A DNA stretch of 25,194 nucleotides from Octopus sinensis (GCF_006345805.1 NW_021836207.1:1-25194), one strand, 5' to 3'; numbered from the stretch's first letter, positions 1 to 12,600 are shown. The notes: generated by a model not told the origin, from the sequence alone. Program-made: numbers and translations.

Positions 1-167
1 ACACATATACACACACAGTTACCAATGAATTACCAATATAAATGTTATTAAACTGAAAGTTATACATTAATATATATATACATATATTTATATACACTGT
101 GTTTGCGTGTGTGTGTCTTATATTATATATATATATATTATATATATATAATATATGTATATACACA

Positions 168-199
<32 letters not shown>

Positions 200-260
200 C
201 ATACACACACACACACACATATATATATATACATATACACACATACATACACATGTATAT
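1..260. repeat. (TA)n/(CA)n compound microsatellite
   Basis: Runs of TATATA and CACACA are directly visible; the YIYI/VCVC ORF at 138-329 is a by-product. Confidence 0.95.
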
Positions 261-538
261 ATTGTTAATGCCTAAATAAGTAATGGAAGCTGTGTTAAAA
301 GCAGCAAAAGTCAGGAAAAAAACCCCCAATTTTTTAAATGGATTTTAATATTAAATAATATTTGAAATAATATTTAAATTCAGTCGATTGAGAGCAGAAC
401 GGAAAATAAAATAAATATTTCAGAAAATATTTATTTTAAATATTTTAAAATAGCTGAAAATTTTTGAAATCTATTTTCATAATAACGCGATCAATATGGC
501 GTGATTAATGGCATGTGGTTTATTTTGTTCCCCTTATA

Positions 539-693
539 GGTGCAGGTGTGGTGGCACGGTAAGAAAACTGCTTTCCAGCCGCATGGTTCCAGGTTCAGTC
601 TCACTGCATGGTACCTGGGCAAGTGCTTTTGATTATAGCCTGAGCTGGGTAAATCTTGTGATTTGATAGATGGAAACTGAAAGAAGCCTGTCG
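539..693 (+). mobile_element. Family A tRNA-derived SINE, 5' head (diverged)
   Basis: Aligns by eye to the intact heads at 16262+ and 23803-23965(-): GGTGCAGGTGTGGTGGCACGGTAAG, B-box-like GGTTCAGTC, CORE-like CCTGGGCAAGTG, ending GAAACTGAAAGAAGCCTGTCG. Confidence 0.85.
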
Positions 694-799
694 TTATGCT
701 CAGTCTTATGAAGGAGATGACATAGGACTGAGATATGTGGTGTATTGCTATACTCAAAAAGACCTGCCCACCACTACAGAATTGCGATCCAAAAACCAA

Positions 800-3700
800 G
801 GTGCCATGTAAAAAGCACTAGAAATGGTGCCAGTATCTGGACAAAGTCCCCTGACGACGAAATCCCCACCGGACAAATTTTAAACAAAAATATCAATAAA
901 TATTTTTATAAAATTTCACTTTCCTAAAATATTTTACTGTAAAAAAAGTAGAATATCCTGGGAGAGATTGACTGCTGAGGGAGTTTGTGCTAATACCAAT
1001 GGTGCCACATGAAAAGCACTGTTGCTGGTCCCACATGAAAAAAAGCACTATTTATGGTGCCACATGTAAAAGTATTGTTACTGGTGCCACATGAACAAGC
1101 ACTGATGATGGTGCCACATGTAAAAGTACTGTTACTGGTGCCACATGAACAAGTACTGTTACTGGTGCCACATGAACAAGCACTGACGATGGTGCCACAT
1201 GTAAAAGTACTGTTGCTGGTCCCACATGAACAAGCACTGATGATGGTGCCACATGTAAAAGTACTGTTACTGGTGCCACATGAACAAGTACTGTTACTGG
1301 TGCCACATGAACAAGCACTGATGATGGTGCCACATGTAAAAGTACTGTTGCTGGTCCCACATGAACAAGCACTGATGATGGTGCCACATGTAAAAGTACT
1401 GTTGCTGGTCCCACATGAACAAGCACTGATGATGGTGCCACATGTAAAAGTACTGTTTCTGGTGCCACATGAACAAGCACTGGTGATGGTGCCACATGTA
1501 AAAGTACTGTTACTGGTGCCACATGAACAAGCACTGATGATGGTGCCACATGTAAAAGTACTGTTGCTGGTCCCACATGAACAAGCACGATGATGGTGCC
1601 ACATGTAAAAGTACTGTTACTGGGCCACATGAACAAGTACTGTTACTGGTGCCACATGAACAAGCACTGATGATGGTGCCACATGTAAAAGTACTGTTGC
1701 TGGTCCCACATGAACAAGCACTGATGATGGTGCCACATGTAAAAGTACTGTTGCTGGTCCCACATGAACAAGCACTGATGATGGTGCCACATGTAAAAGT
1801 ACTGTTTCTGGTGCCACATGAACAAGCACTGGTGATGGTGCCACATGTAAAAGTACTGTTACTGGTGCCACATGAACAAGCACTGATGATGGTGCCACAT
1901 GTAAAAGTACTGTTGCTGGTCCCACATGAACAAGCACTGATGATGGTGCCACATGTAAAAGTACTGTTTCTGGTGCCACATGAACAAGTACTGTTACTGG
2001 TGCCACATGAACAAGCACTGATGATGGTGCCACATGTAAAAGTACTGTTGCTGGTCCCACATGAACAAGCACTGATGATGGTGCCACATGTAAAAGTACT
2101 GTTGCTGGTCCCACATGAACAAGCACTGATGATGGTGCCACATGTAAAAGTACTGTTACTGGTGCCACATGAACAAGCACTGATGATGGTGCCACATGTA
2201 AAAGTACTGTTGCTGGTCCCACATGAACAAGCACTGATGATGGTGCCACATGTAAAAGTACTGTTGCTGGTCCCACATGAACAAGCACTGATGATGGTGC
2301 CACATGTAAAAGTACTGTTGCTGGTGCCACATGAACAAGCACTGATGATGGTGCCACATGTAAAAGTACTGTTACTGGTGCCACATGAACAAGTACTGTT
2401 ACTGGTGCCACATGAACAAGTACTGTTACTGGTGCCACATGAACAAGTACTGTTACTGGTGCCACACATGAACAAGCACTGATGTGTGCCACATGTAAAA
2501 GTACTGTTCTGGTGCCACATGAACAAGCACTGATGATGGTGCCACATGTAAAAGTACTGTTGCTGGTGCCACATGAACAAGCACTGATGATGGTGCCACA
2601 TGTAAAAGTACTGTTTCTGGTGCCACGATGAACAAGTATGTGTTACTGGTGCCACATGAACAAGTACTGTTACTGGTGCCACATGAACAAGTACTGTTAC
2701 TGGTGCCACATGAAAAGCACTGATGATGGTGCCACATGTAAAAGTACTGTTGCTGGTCCCACATGAACAAGCACTGATGATGGTGCCACATGTAAAAGTA
2801 CTGTTACTGGTGCCACATGAACAAGTACTGTTACTGGTGCCACATGAACAAGCACTGATGATGGTGCCACATGTAAAAGTACTGTTCTGGTGCCACATGA
2901 ACAAGCACTGATGAGATGGTGCCACATGTAAAAGTACTGTTGCTGGTCCCACATGAACAAGCACTGATGATGGTGCCACATGTAAAAGTACTGTTTCTGG
3001 TGCCACATGAACAAGCACTGATGATGGTGCCACATGTAAAAGTACTGTTTCTGGTGCCACATGAACAAGTACTGTTACTGGTGCCACATGAACAAGTACT
3101 GTTACTGGTGCCACATGAACAAGTACTGTTACTGGTGCCACATGAACAAGCACTGATGATGTGCCACATGTAAAAGTACTGTTGCTGGTCCCACATGAAC
3201 AAGCACTGATGATGGTGCCACATGTATGCCAATGTAAAAGTACTGTTACTGGTGCCACATGAACAAGTACTGTTACTGGTGCCACAGAACAAGCACTGAT
3301 GATGGTGCCACATGTAAAAGTACTGTTGCTGGTCCCACATGAACAAGCACTGATGATGGTGCCACATGTAAAAGTACTGTTACTGGTGCCACATGAACAA
3401 GTACTGTTACTGGTGCCACATGAACAAGCACTGATGATTGGTGCCACATGTAAAAGTACTGTTGCTGGTCCACATGAACAAGCACTGATGATGGTGCCAC
3501 ATGTAAAAGTACTGTTACTGGTGCCCACATGAACAAGTACTGTTACTGTGCCACATGAACAAGCACTGATGATGGTGCCACATGTAAAAGTACTGTTGCT
3601 GGTCCCACATGAACAAGCACTGATGATGGTGCCACATGTAAAAGTACTGTTACTGGTGCCACATGAACAAGTACTGTTACTGGTGCCACATGAACAAGCA

Positions 3701-6700
3701 CTGATGATGGTGCCACATGTAAAAGTACTGTTGCTGGTCCCACATAACAAGCACTGATGATGGTGCCACATGTAAAAGTACTGTTACTGGTGCCACATGA
3801 ACAAGTACTGTTACTGGTGCCACATGAACAAGCACTGATGATGGTGCCACATGTAAAAGTACTGTTGCTGGTCCCACATGAACAAGCACTGATGATGGTG
3901 CCACATGTAAAAGTACTGTTACTGGTGCCACATGAACAAGTAGTTACTGGTGCCACATGAACAAGCACTGATGATGGTGCCACATGTAAAAGTACTGTTG
4001 CTGGTCCCACATGAACAAGCACTGATGATGGTGCCACATGTAAAAGTACTGTTACTGGTGCCACATGAACAAGTACTGTTACTGGTGCCACATGAACAAG
4101 CACTGATGATGGCCACATGTAAAAGTACTGTTGCTGGTCCCACATGACAAGCACTGATGATGGTGCCACATGTAAAAGTACTGTTACTGGTGCCACATGA
4201 ACAAGTACTGTTACTGGTGCCACATGAACAAGCACTGATGATGGTGCCACATGTAAAAGTACTGTTGCTGCTGGTCCCACATGAACAAGCACTGATGATG
4301 GTGCCACATGTAAAAGTACTGTTACTGGTGCCACATGAACAAGTACTGTTACTGGTGCCACATGAACAAGCACTGATGATGGTGCCACATGTAAAAGTAC
4401 TGTTGCTGGTCCCACATGAACAAGCACTGATGATGGTGCCACATGTATAAAAGTACTGTTACTGGTGCCACATGAACAAGTACTGTTACTGGTGCCACAT
4501 GAACAAGCACTGATGATGGTGCCACATGTAAAAGTACTGTTGCTGGTCCCACATGAACAAGCACTGATGATGGTGCCACATGTAAAAGTACTGTTACTGG
4601 TGCCACATGAACAAGTACTGTTACTGGTGCCACATGAACAAGCACTGATGATGGTGCCACATGTAAAGTACTGTTGCTGGTCCCACATGAACAAGCACTG
4701 ATGATGGTGCCACATGTAAAAAGTACTGTTACTGGTGCCACATGAACAAGTACTGTTACTGGTGCCACATGAACAAGCACTGATGATGGTGCCACATGTA
4801 AAAGTACTGTTGCTGGTCCCACATGAACAAGCACTGATGATGGTGCCACATGTAAAAGTACTGTTACTGGTGCCACATGAACAAGTACTGTTACTGGTGC
4901 CACATGAACAAGCACTGATGATGGTGCCACATGTAAAAGTACTGTTGCTGGTCCCACATGAACAAGCACTGATGATGGTGCCACATGTAAAAGTACTGTT
5001 ACTGGTGCCACATGAACAAGTACTGTTACTGGTGCCACATGAACAAGCACTGATGATGGTGCCACATGTAAAAGTACTGTTGCTGGTCCCACATGAACAA
5101 GCACTGATGATGGTGCCACATGTAAAAGTTGTTACTGGTGCCACATGAACAAGCACTGATGATGGTGCCACATGTAAAGTACTGTGCTGGTCCCACATGA
5201 ACAAGCACTGATGATGGTGCCACATGTAAAAGTACTGTTGCTGGTCCCACATGAACAAGCACTGATGATGGTGCCACATGTAAAAGTACTGTTTCTGGTG
5301 CCACATGAACAAGCACTGGTGATGGTGCCACATGTAAAAGTACTGTTACTGGTGCCACATGAACAAGCACTGATGATGGTGCCACATGTAAAAGTACTGT
5401 TGCTGGTCCCACATGAACAAGCACTGATGATGGTGCCACATGTAAAAGTACTGTTGCTGGTCCCACATGAACAAGCACTGATGATGGTGCCACATGTAAA
5501 AGTACTGTTTCTGGTGCCACATGAACAAGTACTGTTACTGGTGCCACATGAACAAGTACTGTTACTGGTGCCACATGAACAAGTACTGTTACTGGTGCCA
5601 CATGAACAAGCACTGATGATGGTGCCACATGTAAAAGTACTGTTGCTGGTCCCACATGAACAAGCACTGATGATGGTGCCACATGTAAAAGTACTGTTAC
5701 TGGTGCCACATGAACAAGTACTGTTACTGGTGCCACATGAACAAGTACTGTTACTGGTGCCACATGAACAAGCACTGATGATGGTGCCACATGTAAAAGT
5801 ACTGTTGCTGGTCCCACATGAACAAGCACTGATGATGGTGCCACATGTAAAAGTACTGTTACTGGTGCCACATGAACAAGTACTGTTACTGGTGCCACAT
5901 GAACAAGCACTGATGATGGTGCCACATGTAAAAGTACTGTTGCTGGTCCCACATGAACAAGCACTGATGATGGTGCCACATGTAAAAGTACTGTTTCTGG
6001 TGCCACATGAACAAGTACTGTTACTGGTGCCACATGAACAAGTACTGTTACTGGTGCCACATGAACAAGTACTGTTACTGGTGCCACATGAACAAGCACT
6101 GATGATGGTGCCACATGTAAAAGTACTGTTGCTGGTCCCACATGAACAAGCACTGATGATGGTGCCACATGTAAAAGTACTGTTTCTGGTGCCACATGAA
6201 CAAGCACTGATGATGGTGCCACATGTAAAAGTACTGTTGCTGGTCCCACATGAACAAGCACTGATGATGGTGACACATGTAAAAGTACTGTTACTGGTGC
6301 CACATGAACAAGTACTGTTACTGGTGCCACATGAACAAGCACTGATGATGGTGCCACATGTAAAAGTACTGTTGCTGGTCCCACATGAACAAGCACTGAT
6401 GATGGTGCCACATGTAAAAGTACTGTTTCTGGTGCCACATGAACAAGCACTGATGATGGTGCCACATGTAAAAGTACTGTTTCTGGTGCCACATGAACAA
6501 GTACTGTTACTGGTGCCACATGAACAAGTACTGTTACTGGTGCCACATGAACAAGTACTGTTACTGGTGCCACATGAACAAGCACTGATGATGGTGCCAC
6601 ATGTAAAAGTACTGTTGCTGGTCCCACATGAACAAGCACTGATGATGGGTGCCACATGTAAAAGTACTGTTCTGGTGCCACATGAACAAGTACTGTTACT

Positions 6701-9700
6701 GGTGCCACATGAACAAGCACTGATGATGGTGGTGCCACATGTAAAAGTACTGTTCTGGTCCCACATGAACAAGCACTGATGATGGTGCCACATGTAAAAG
6801 TACTGTTTCTGGTGCCACATGAACAAGCACTGATGATGGTGCCACATGTAAAGTACTGTTGCTGGTCCCACATGAACAAGCACTGATGATGGTGCCACAT
6901 GTAAAAGTACTGTTACTGGTGCCACATGAACAAGTACTGTTACTGGTGCCACATGAACAAGCACTGATGATGGTGCCACATGTAAAAGTACTGTACTGGT
7001 CCCAAATGAACAAGCACTGATGTGGTGCCACATGTAAAAGTACTGTTGTGGTCCCACATGAACAAGCACTGATGATGGTGCCACATGTAAAAGTACTGTT
7101 TCTGGTGCACATGAACAAGTACTGTTACTGGTGCCACATGAACAAGCACTGATGATGGTGCCACATGTAAAAGTACTGTTGCTGGTCCCACATGAACAAG
7201 CACTGATGATGGTGCCACATGTAAAAGTACTGTTTCTGGTGCCACATGAACAAGCACTGATGATGGTGCCACATGTAAAAGTACTGTTTCTGGTGCCACA
7301 TGAACAAGCACTGATGATGGTGCCACATGTAAAAGTACTGTTGCTGGTCCCACATGAACAAGCACTGATGATGGTGCCACATGTAAAAGTACTGTTACTG
7401 GTGCCACATGAACAAGTACTGTTACTGGTGCCACATGAACAAGCACTGATGATGGTGCCACATGTAAAAGTACTGTTGCTGGTCCCACATGAACAAGCAC
7501 TGATGATGGTGCCACATGTAAAAGTACTGTTTCTGGTGCCACATGAACAAGTACTGTTACTGGTGCCACATGAACAAGCACTGATGATGGTGCCACATGT
7601 AAAAGTACTGTTTCTGGTGCCACATGAACAAGCACTGATGATGGTGCCACATGTAAAAGTACTGTTACTGGTGCCACATGAACAAGTACTGTTACTGGTG
7701 CCACATGAACAAGCACTGATGATGGTGCCACATGTAAAAGTACTGTTACTGGTGCCACATGAACAAGTACTGTTACTGGTGCCACATGAACAAGCACTGA
7801 TGATGGTGCCACATGTAAAAGTACTGTTGCTGGTCCCACATGAACAAGCACTGATGATGGTGCCACATGTAAAAGTACTGTTTCTGGTGCCACATGAACA
7901 AGTACTGTTACTGGTGCCACATGAACAAGCACTGATGATGGTGCCACATGTAAAAGTACTGTTTCTGGTGCCACATGAACAAGCACTGATGATGGTGCCA
8001 CATGTAAAAGTACTGTTACTGGTGCCACATGAACAAGTACTGTTACTGGTGCCACATGAACAAGCACTGATGATGGTGCCACATGTAAAAGTACTGTTAC
8101 TGGTGCCACATGAACAAGTACTGTTACTGGTGCCACATGAACAAGCACTGATGATGGTGCCACATGTAAAAGTACTGTTGCTGGTCCCACATGAACAAGC
8201 ACTGATGATGGTGCCACATGTAAAAGTACTGTTTCTGGTGCCACATGAACAAGTACTGTTACTGGTGCCACATGAACAAGCACTGATGATGGTGCCACAT
8301 GTAAAAGTACTGTTTCTGGTGCCACATGAACAAGCACTGATGATGGTGCCACATGTAAAAGTACTGTTACTGGTGCCACATGAACAAGTACTGTTACTGG
8401 TGCCACATGAACAAGCACTGATGATGGTCCCACCACATGTAAAAGTACTGTTACTGGTGCCACATGAACAAGTACTGTTACTGGTGCCACATGAACAAGC
8501 ACTGATGATGGTGCCACATGTAAAAGTACTGTTACTGGTGCCACATGAACAAGTACTGTTACTGGTGCCACATGAACAAGCACTGATGATGGTGCCACAT
8601 GTAAAAGTACTGTTACTGGTGCCACATGAACAAGTACTGTTACTGGTGCCACATGAACAAGCACTGATGATGGTGCCACATGTAAAAGTACTGTTGCTGG
8701 TCCCACATGAACAAGCACTGATGATGGTGCCACATGTAAAAGTACTGTTTCTGGTGCCACATGAAAAAGTACTGTTACTGTGCCACATGAACAAGCACTG
8801 ATGATGGTGCCACATGTAAAAGTACTGTTTCTGGTGCCACATGAACAAGCACTGATGATGGTGCCACATGTAAAAGTACTGTTACTGGTGCCACATGAAC
8901 AAGTACTGTTACTGGTGCCACATGAACAAGCACTGATGATGGTGCCACATGTAAAAGTACTGTTACTGGTGCCACATGAACAAGTACTGTTACTGGTGCC
9001 ACATGAACAAGCACTGATGATGGTGCCACATGTAAAAGTACTGTTGCTGGTCCCACATGAACAAGCACTGATGATGGTGCCACATGTAAAAGTACTGTTT
9101 CTGGTGCCACATGAACAAGTACTGTTACTGGTGCCACATGAACAAGCACTGATGATGGTGCCACATGTAAAAGTAACTGTTTTCTGGTGCCACATGAACA
9201 AGCACTGATGATGGTGCCACATGTAAAAGTACTGTTACTGGTGCCACATGAACAAGTACTGTTACTGGTGCCACATGAACAAGCACTGATGATGGTGCCA
9301 CATGTTAAAAGTACTGTTACTGGTGCCACATGAACGTGGACTGTTACCTGGTGCCACATGAACACAGCATGATGATGGTGCCACATGTAAAAGTACTGTT
9401 ACTGGTGCCACATGAACAGTACTGTTACTGGTGCCACATGAACAAGCACTGATGATGGTGGCCACATGTAAAAGTACTGTTACTGGTGCCACATGACAAG
9501 TACTGTTACTGGTGCCACATGAACAAGCACTGATGATGGTGCCACATGTAAAAGTACTGTTGCTGGTCCCACATGAACAAGCACTGATGATGGTGCCACA
9601 TGTAAAAGTACTGTTCTGGTGCCACATGAACAAGTACTGTTACTGGTGCCACATGAACAAGCACTGATGATGGTGCCACATGTAAAAGTACTGTTGCTGG

Positions 9701-11200
9701 TCCCACATGAACAAGCACTGATGATGGTGCCACATGTAAAAAGTACTTTTCTGGTGCCACATGAACAAGTACTGTTACTGGTGCCACATGAACAAGCACT
9801 GATGATGGTGCCACATGTAAAAGTACTGTTTCTGGTGCCACATGAACAAGCACTGATGATGGTGCCACATGTAAAAGTACTGTTACTGGTGCCACATGAA
9901 CAAGTACTGTTACTGGTGCCACATGAACAAGCACTGATGATGGTGCCACATGTAAAAGTACTGTTACTGGTGCCACATGAACAAGCACTGATGATGGTGC
10001 CACATGTAAAAGTACTGTTACTGGTGCCACATGAACAAGTACTGTTACTGGTGCCACATGAACAAGCACTGATGATGGTGCCACATGTAAAAGTACTGTT
10101 ACTGTGCCACATGAACAAGTACTGTTACTGGTGCCACATGAACAAGCACTGATGATGGTGCCACATGTAAAAGTACTGTTGCTGGTCCCACATGAACAAG
10201 CACTGATGATGGTGCCACATGTAAAAGTACTGTTTCTGGTGCCACATGAACAAGCACTGATGATGGTGCCACATGTAAAAGTACTGTTGCTGGTGCCACA
10301 TGAACAGTACTGTTACTGGTGCCACATGAACAAGCACTGATGATGGTGCCACATGTAAAAGTACTGTTTCTGGTGCCACATGAACAAGCACTGATGATGG
10401 TGCCACATGTAAAAGTACTGTTTCTGGTGCCACATGAACAAGCACTGATGATGGTGCCACATGTAAAAGTACTGTTTCTGGTGCCACATGAACAAGCACT
10501 GATGATGGTGCCACATGTAAAAGTACTGTTTCTGGTGCCACATGAACAAGCACTGATGATGGTGCCACATGTAAAAGTACTGTTTCTGGTGCCACATGAA
10601 CAAGCACTGATGATGGTGCCACATGTAAAAGTACTGTTGCTGGTCCCACATGAACAAGCACTGATGATGGTGCCACATGTAAAAGTACTGTTACTGGTGC
10701 CACATGAACAAGTACTGTTACTGGTGCCACATGAACAAGCACTGATGATGGTGCCACATGTAAAAGTACTGTTGCTGGTCCCACATGAACAAGCACTGAT
10801 GATGGTGCCACATGTAAAAGTACTGTTTCTGGTGCCACATGAACAAGCACTGATGATGGTGCCACATGTAAAAGTACTGTTGCTGGTCCCACATGAACAA
10901 GCACTGATGATGGTGCCACATGTAAAAGTACTGTTGCTGGTCCCACATGAACAAGCACTGATGATGGTGCCACATGTAAAAGTACTGTTGCTGGTCCCAC
11001 ATGAACAAGCACTGATGATGGTGCCACATAAAAAACGTAGTGGTGGGGTGCCACATGAAAAAGCACTGGTGGGAGTGCCACATGGAAAAGGACTGGTGGG
11101 AGTGCCACATGGAAAAGGACTGGTGGGGTGCCACATGAAAAAGCACTGGTGGTGGTGTCATATGAAAAAGCACTGGTGGGGGTGCCACATGAAAAATCAC
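800..11200 (+). repeat. ~10-kb minisatellite of 27-bp monomers (roughly 375-380 copies) with higher-order repeats
   Basis: Monomer A = GGTGCCACATGAACAAGCACTGATGAT; B = GGTGCCACATGTAAAAGTACTGTT(A/G/T)CT; C = GGTGCCACATGAACAAGTACTGTTACT. One orphan monomer at 800-825, homogeneous core ~1056-11019, degenerate monomers at both edges. Confidence 0.98.
833..997. mobile_element. 165-bp MITE, Mutator(MULE)-like
   Basis: Direct repeat AATGGTGCCA at 823-832 and 998-1007 flanks the insert. Imperfect TIRs: GTATCTGGACAAAGTCCCC vs reverse complement of the right end GTATTAGCACAAACTCCCTC. AT-rich interior. A 9-10 bp TSD is typical of MULEs. Confidence 0.7.
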
Positions 11201-11374
11201 CCAGTAAAGTGTGGAGTGTTGGGCATTAGGAAGGGCATTCAGCTGCAGAGACCATGTCAAAACAGAATATGGAAGCTGGTGCAACACCAGGCCTTGCCAT
11301 TTCCTGTCAAACCTTCCAACCCAGCATGGAAAAGGGACATTAAATGTTGATGATGATGATGATGATGCATGTAA

Positions 11375-11640
11375 GTGCATACGTGTTTGTGTTTGACCCC
11401 CACCACAGCTTGACAACAGGCGCTGGTGTTTACATTGTTATGACTTAGCAGTTTGGTAAAAGAGAATGATAGAATAAGTAGCAGGCCTAAAACAATAAAT
11501 AAAAAAATTTTTCAAGATGGTACCCCAGTACTAGACGTCAAAAAAAAATTTTTTTAAAGCGTCCTGGGGTTGATTTGTTTTTAATTTAAACCCTTCAAGG
11601 TGGTACCGTAGCATGGCCGCAGTCCAATGACTGAATCAAG
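11375..11640 (+). mobile_element. Family A SINE 3' body (diverged), probable partner of the head at 539-693
   Basis: GTGTTTGACCCCC...GCTTGACAAC...GATAGAATAAGTA...GGGGTTGATTTG...AGCATGGCCGCAGTCCAATGACTGAA matches the body of the intact copy at 16470-16685. Confidence 0.8.
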
Positions 11641-11689
11641 GACACGATCATGAGATGAGCATCTGCCACAACTAGGATTTCACTTGGTT

Positions 11690-12158
11690 TGATGCTGTTT
11701 CTTGAGAAGACCCATCAAGCAAAGGAAGAAACCGTAGTCACGGTTGATGGTGGTCTCATGTAACCGGCACCTGTGCCAGTGGCACGTAAAGAGCGCCTTT
11801 CGAGCATTGGGCCTTACGGAGGCAAAATGACTGAGTACTTTACAAGTGTTGGGCCTCACAGGGGCAATGACTAAGACTTTTGGCATTATATCGTGCATGA
11901 GAAGACCCATCAAGGTGAGCAAAATTGCAGTTGTGACAGATACCGGTGTCACACAAATGGCACAAGTACTGGTGGCACATAAAAGCACCCATTAGACCCT
12001 CAGTGTGGTTAGTGTTAGGAAGGGCATCCAGCTGTAGAAAACCATGTCAAATCAGACTGGAGCCTGGCATAGCCTTCCTGCATGCCAGCCCAGTGGAACC
12101 CTCCAACCCATGCCAGCATGAACAACGGACATTAAATAATGATGACGATGATGATGAC
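11690..12158 (+). mobile_element. Family B GAT-tailed retroposon
   Basis: TGGCACGTAAAGAGC and TGGCACATAAAAGCACCC subrepeats, TTAGGAAGGGCATCCAGCTGTAGAAA, CCAACCCATGCCAGCATG, ACGGACATTAAAT then a (GAT)n tail. Confidence 0.85.
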
Positions 12159-12299
12159 GAGTTTTCTACATTATATCGGTACAACTTGATGATTCCCCGA
12201 AAAACTGGTTCACAAGGTAACATTATTAGATGGTGGCCGGCATAATGGGATAGGAACTTTATTTGCACATTCAAAACGTTTCTCATAAACAAATTTAAA

Positions 12300-12431
12300 A
12301 ATTATACATATATATAAATATATTATATACATATATATATTGTGTGTCTGTGTATATAATATATATATATATATATATGTATATAAATATATATATATAT
12401 ATATGTATATAAATATATATATATATATATG

Positions 12432-12470
<39 letters not shown>

Positions 12471-12537
12471 TATATAAATATAAATATATATATATATGTT
12501 ATAAATATAAATATATGTATGTATATAAAATATATAG

Positions 12538-12573
<36 letters not shown>

Positions 12574-12600
12574 TATATATAAATGTATATAAAATATAGT
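12300..12600. repeat. (TA)n-rich microsatellite
   Basis: Directly visible, with periodic GTATATAAAT interruptions. Confidence 0.95.

Larger units (their letters stand above)
694..11367 (+). mobile_element. Family B GAT-tailed retroposon copy, inflated by an internal minisatellite
   Basis: 720-770 resembles the family B 5' part near 11865-11910 (GACTGAGA...AAAAAGACC vs GACTAAGA...GAGAAGACC). After the array, 11200-11367 is the family B 3' end (ATTAGGAAGGGCATTCAGC...CCAACCCAGCATGGA...GGACATTAAATG-(GAT)n), as at 24840-25000. Confidence 0.75.

Noticed and set aside
408-437. 13-bp inverted repeat AAAATAAATATTT/AAATATTTATTTT
   Set aside because: It lies in extremely AT-rich, low-complexity sequence and is expected by chance.
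1001-11200. CRISPR-like array (constant GGTGCCACATG plus 16-nt variable part)
   Set aside because: The 'spacers' are only a few recurring variants, not unique sequences. There are no cas genes, and the context is eukaryotic.
990-11416. Long ORFs (up to 1245 aa) as real CDS
   Set aside because: They are translations of a 27-bp repeat in several overlapping frames on both strands, swapping frame at indels, with no unique domain or splice evidence.
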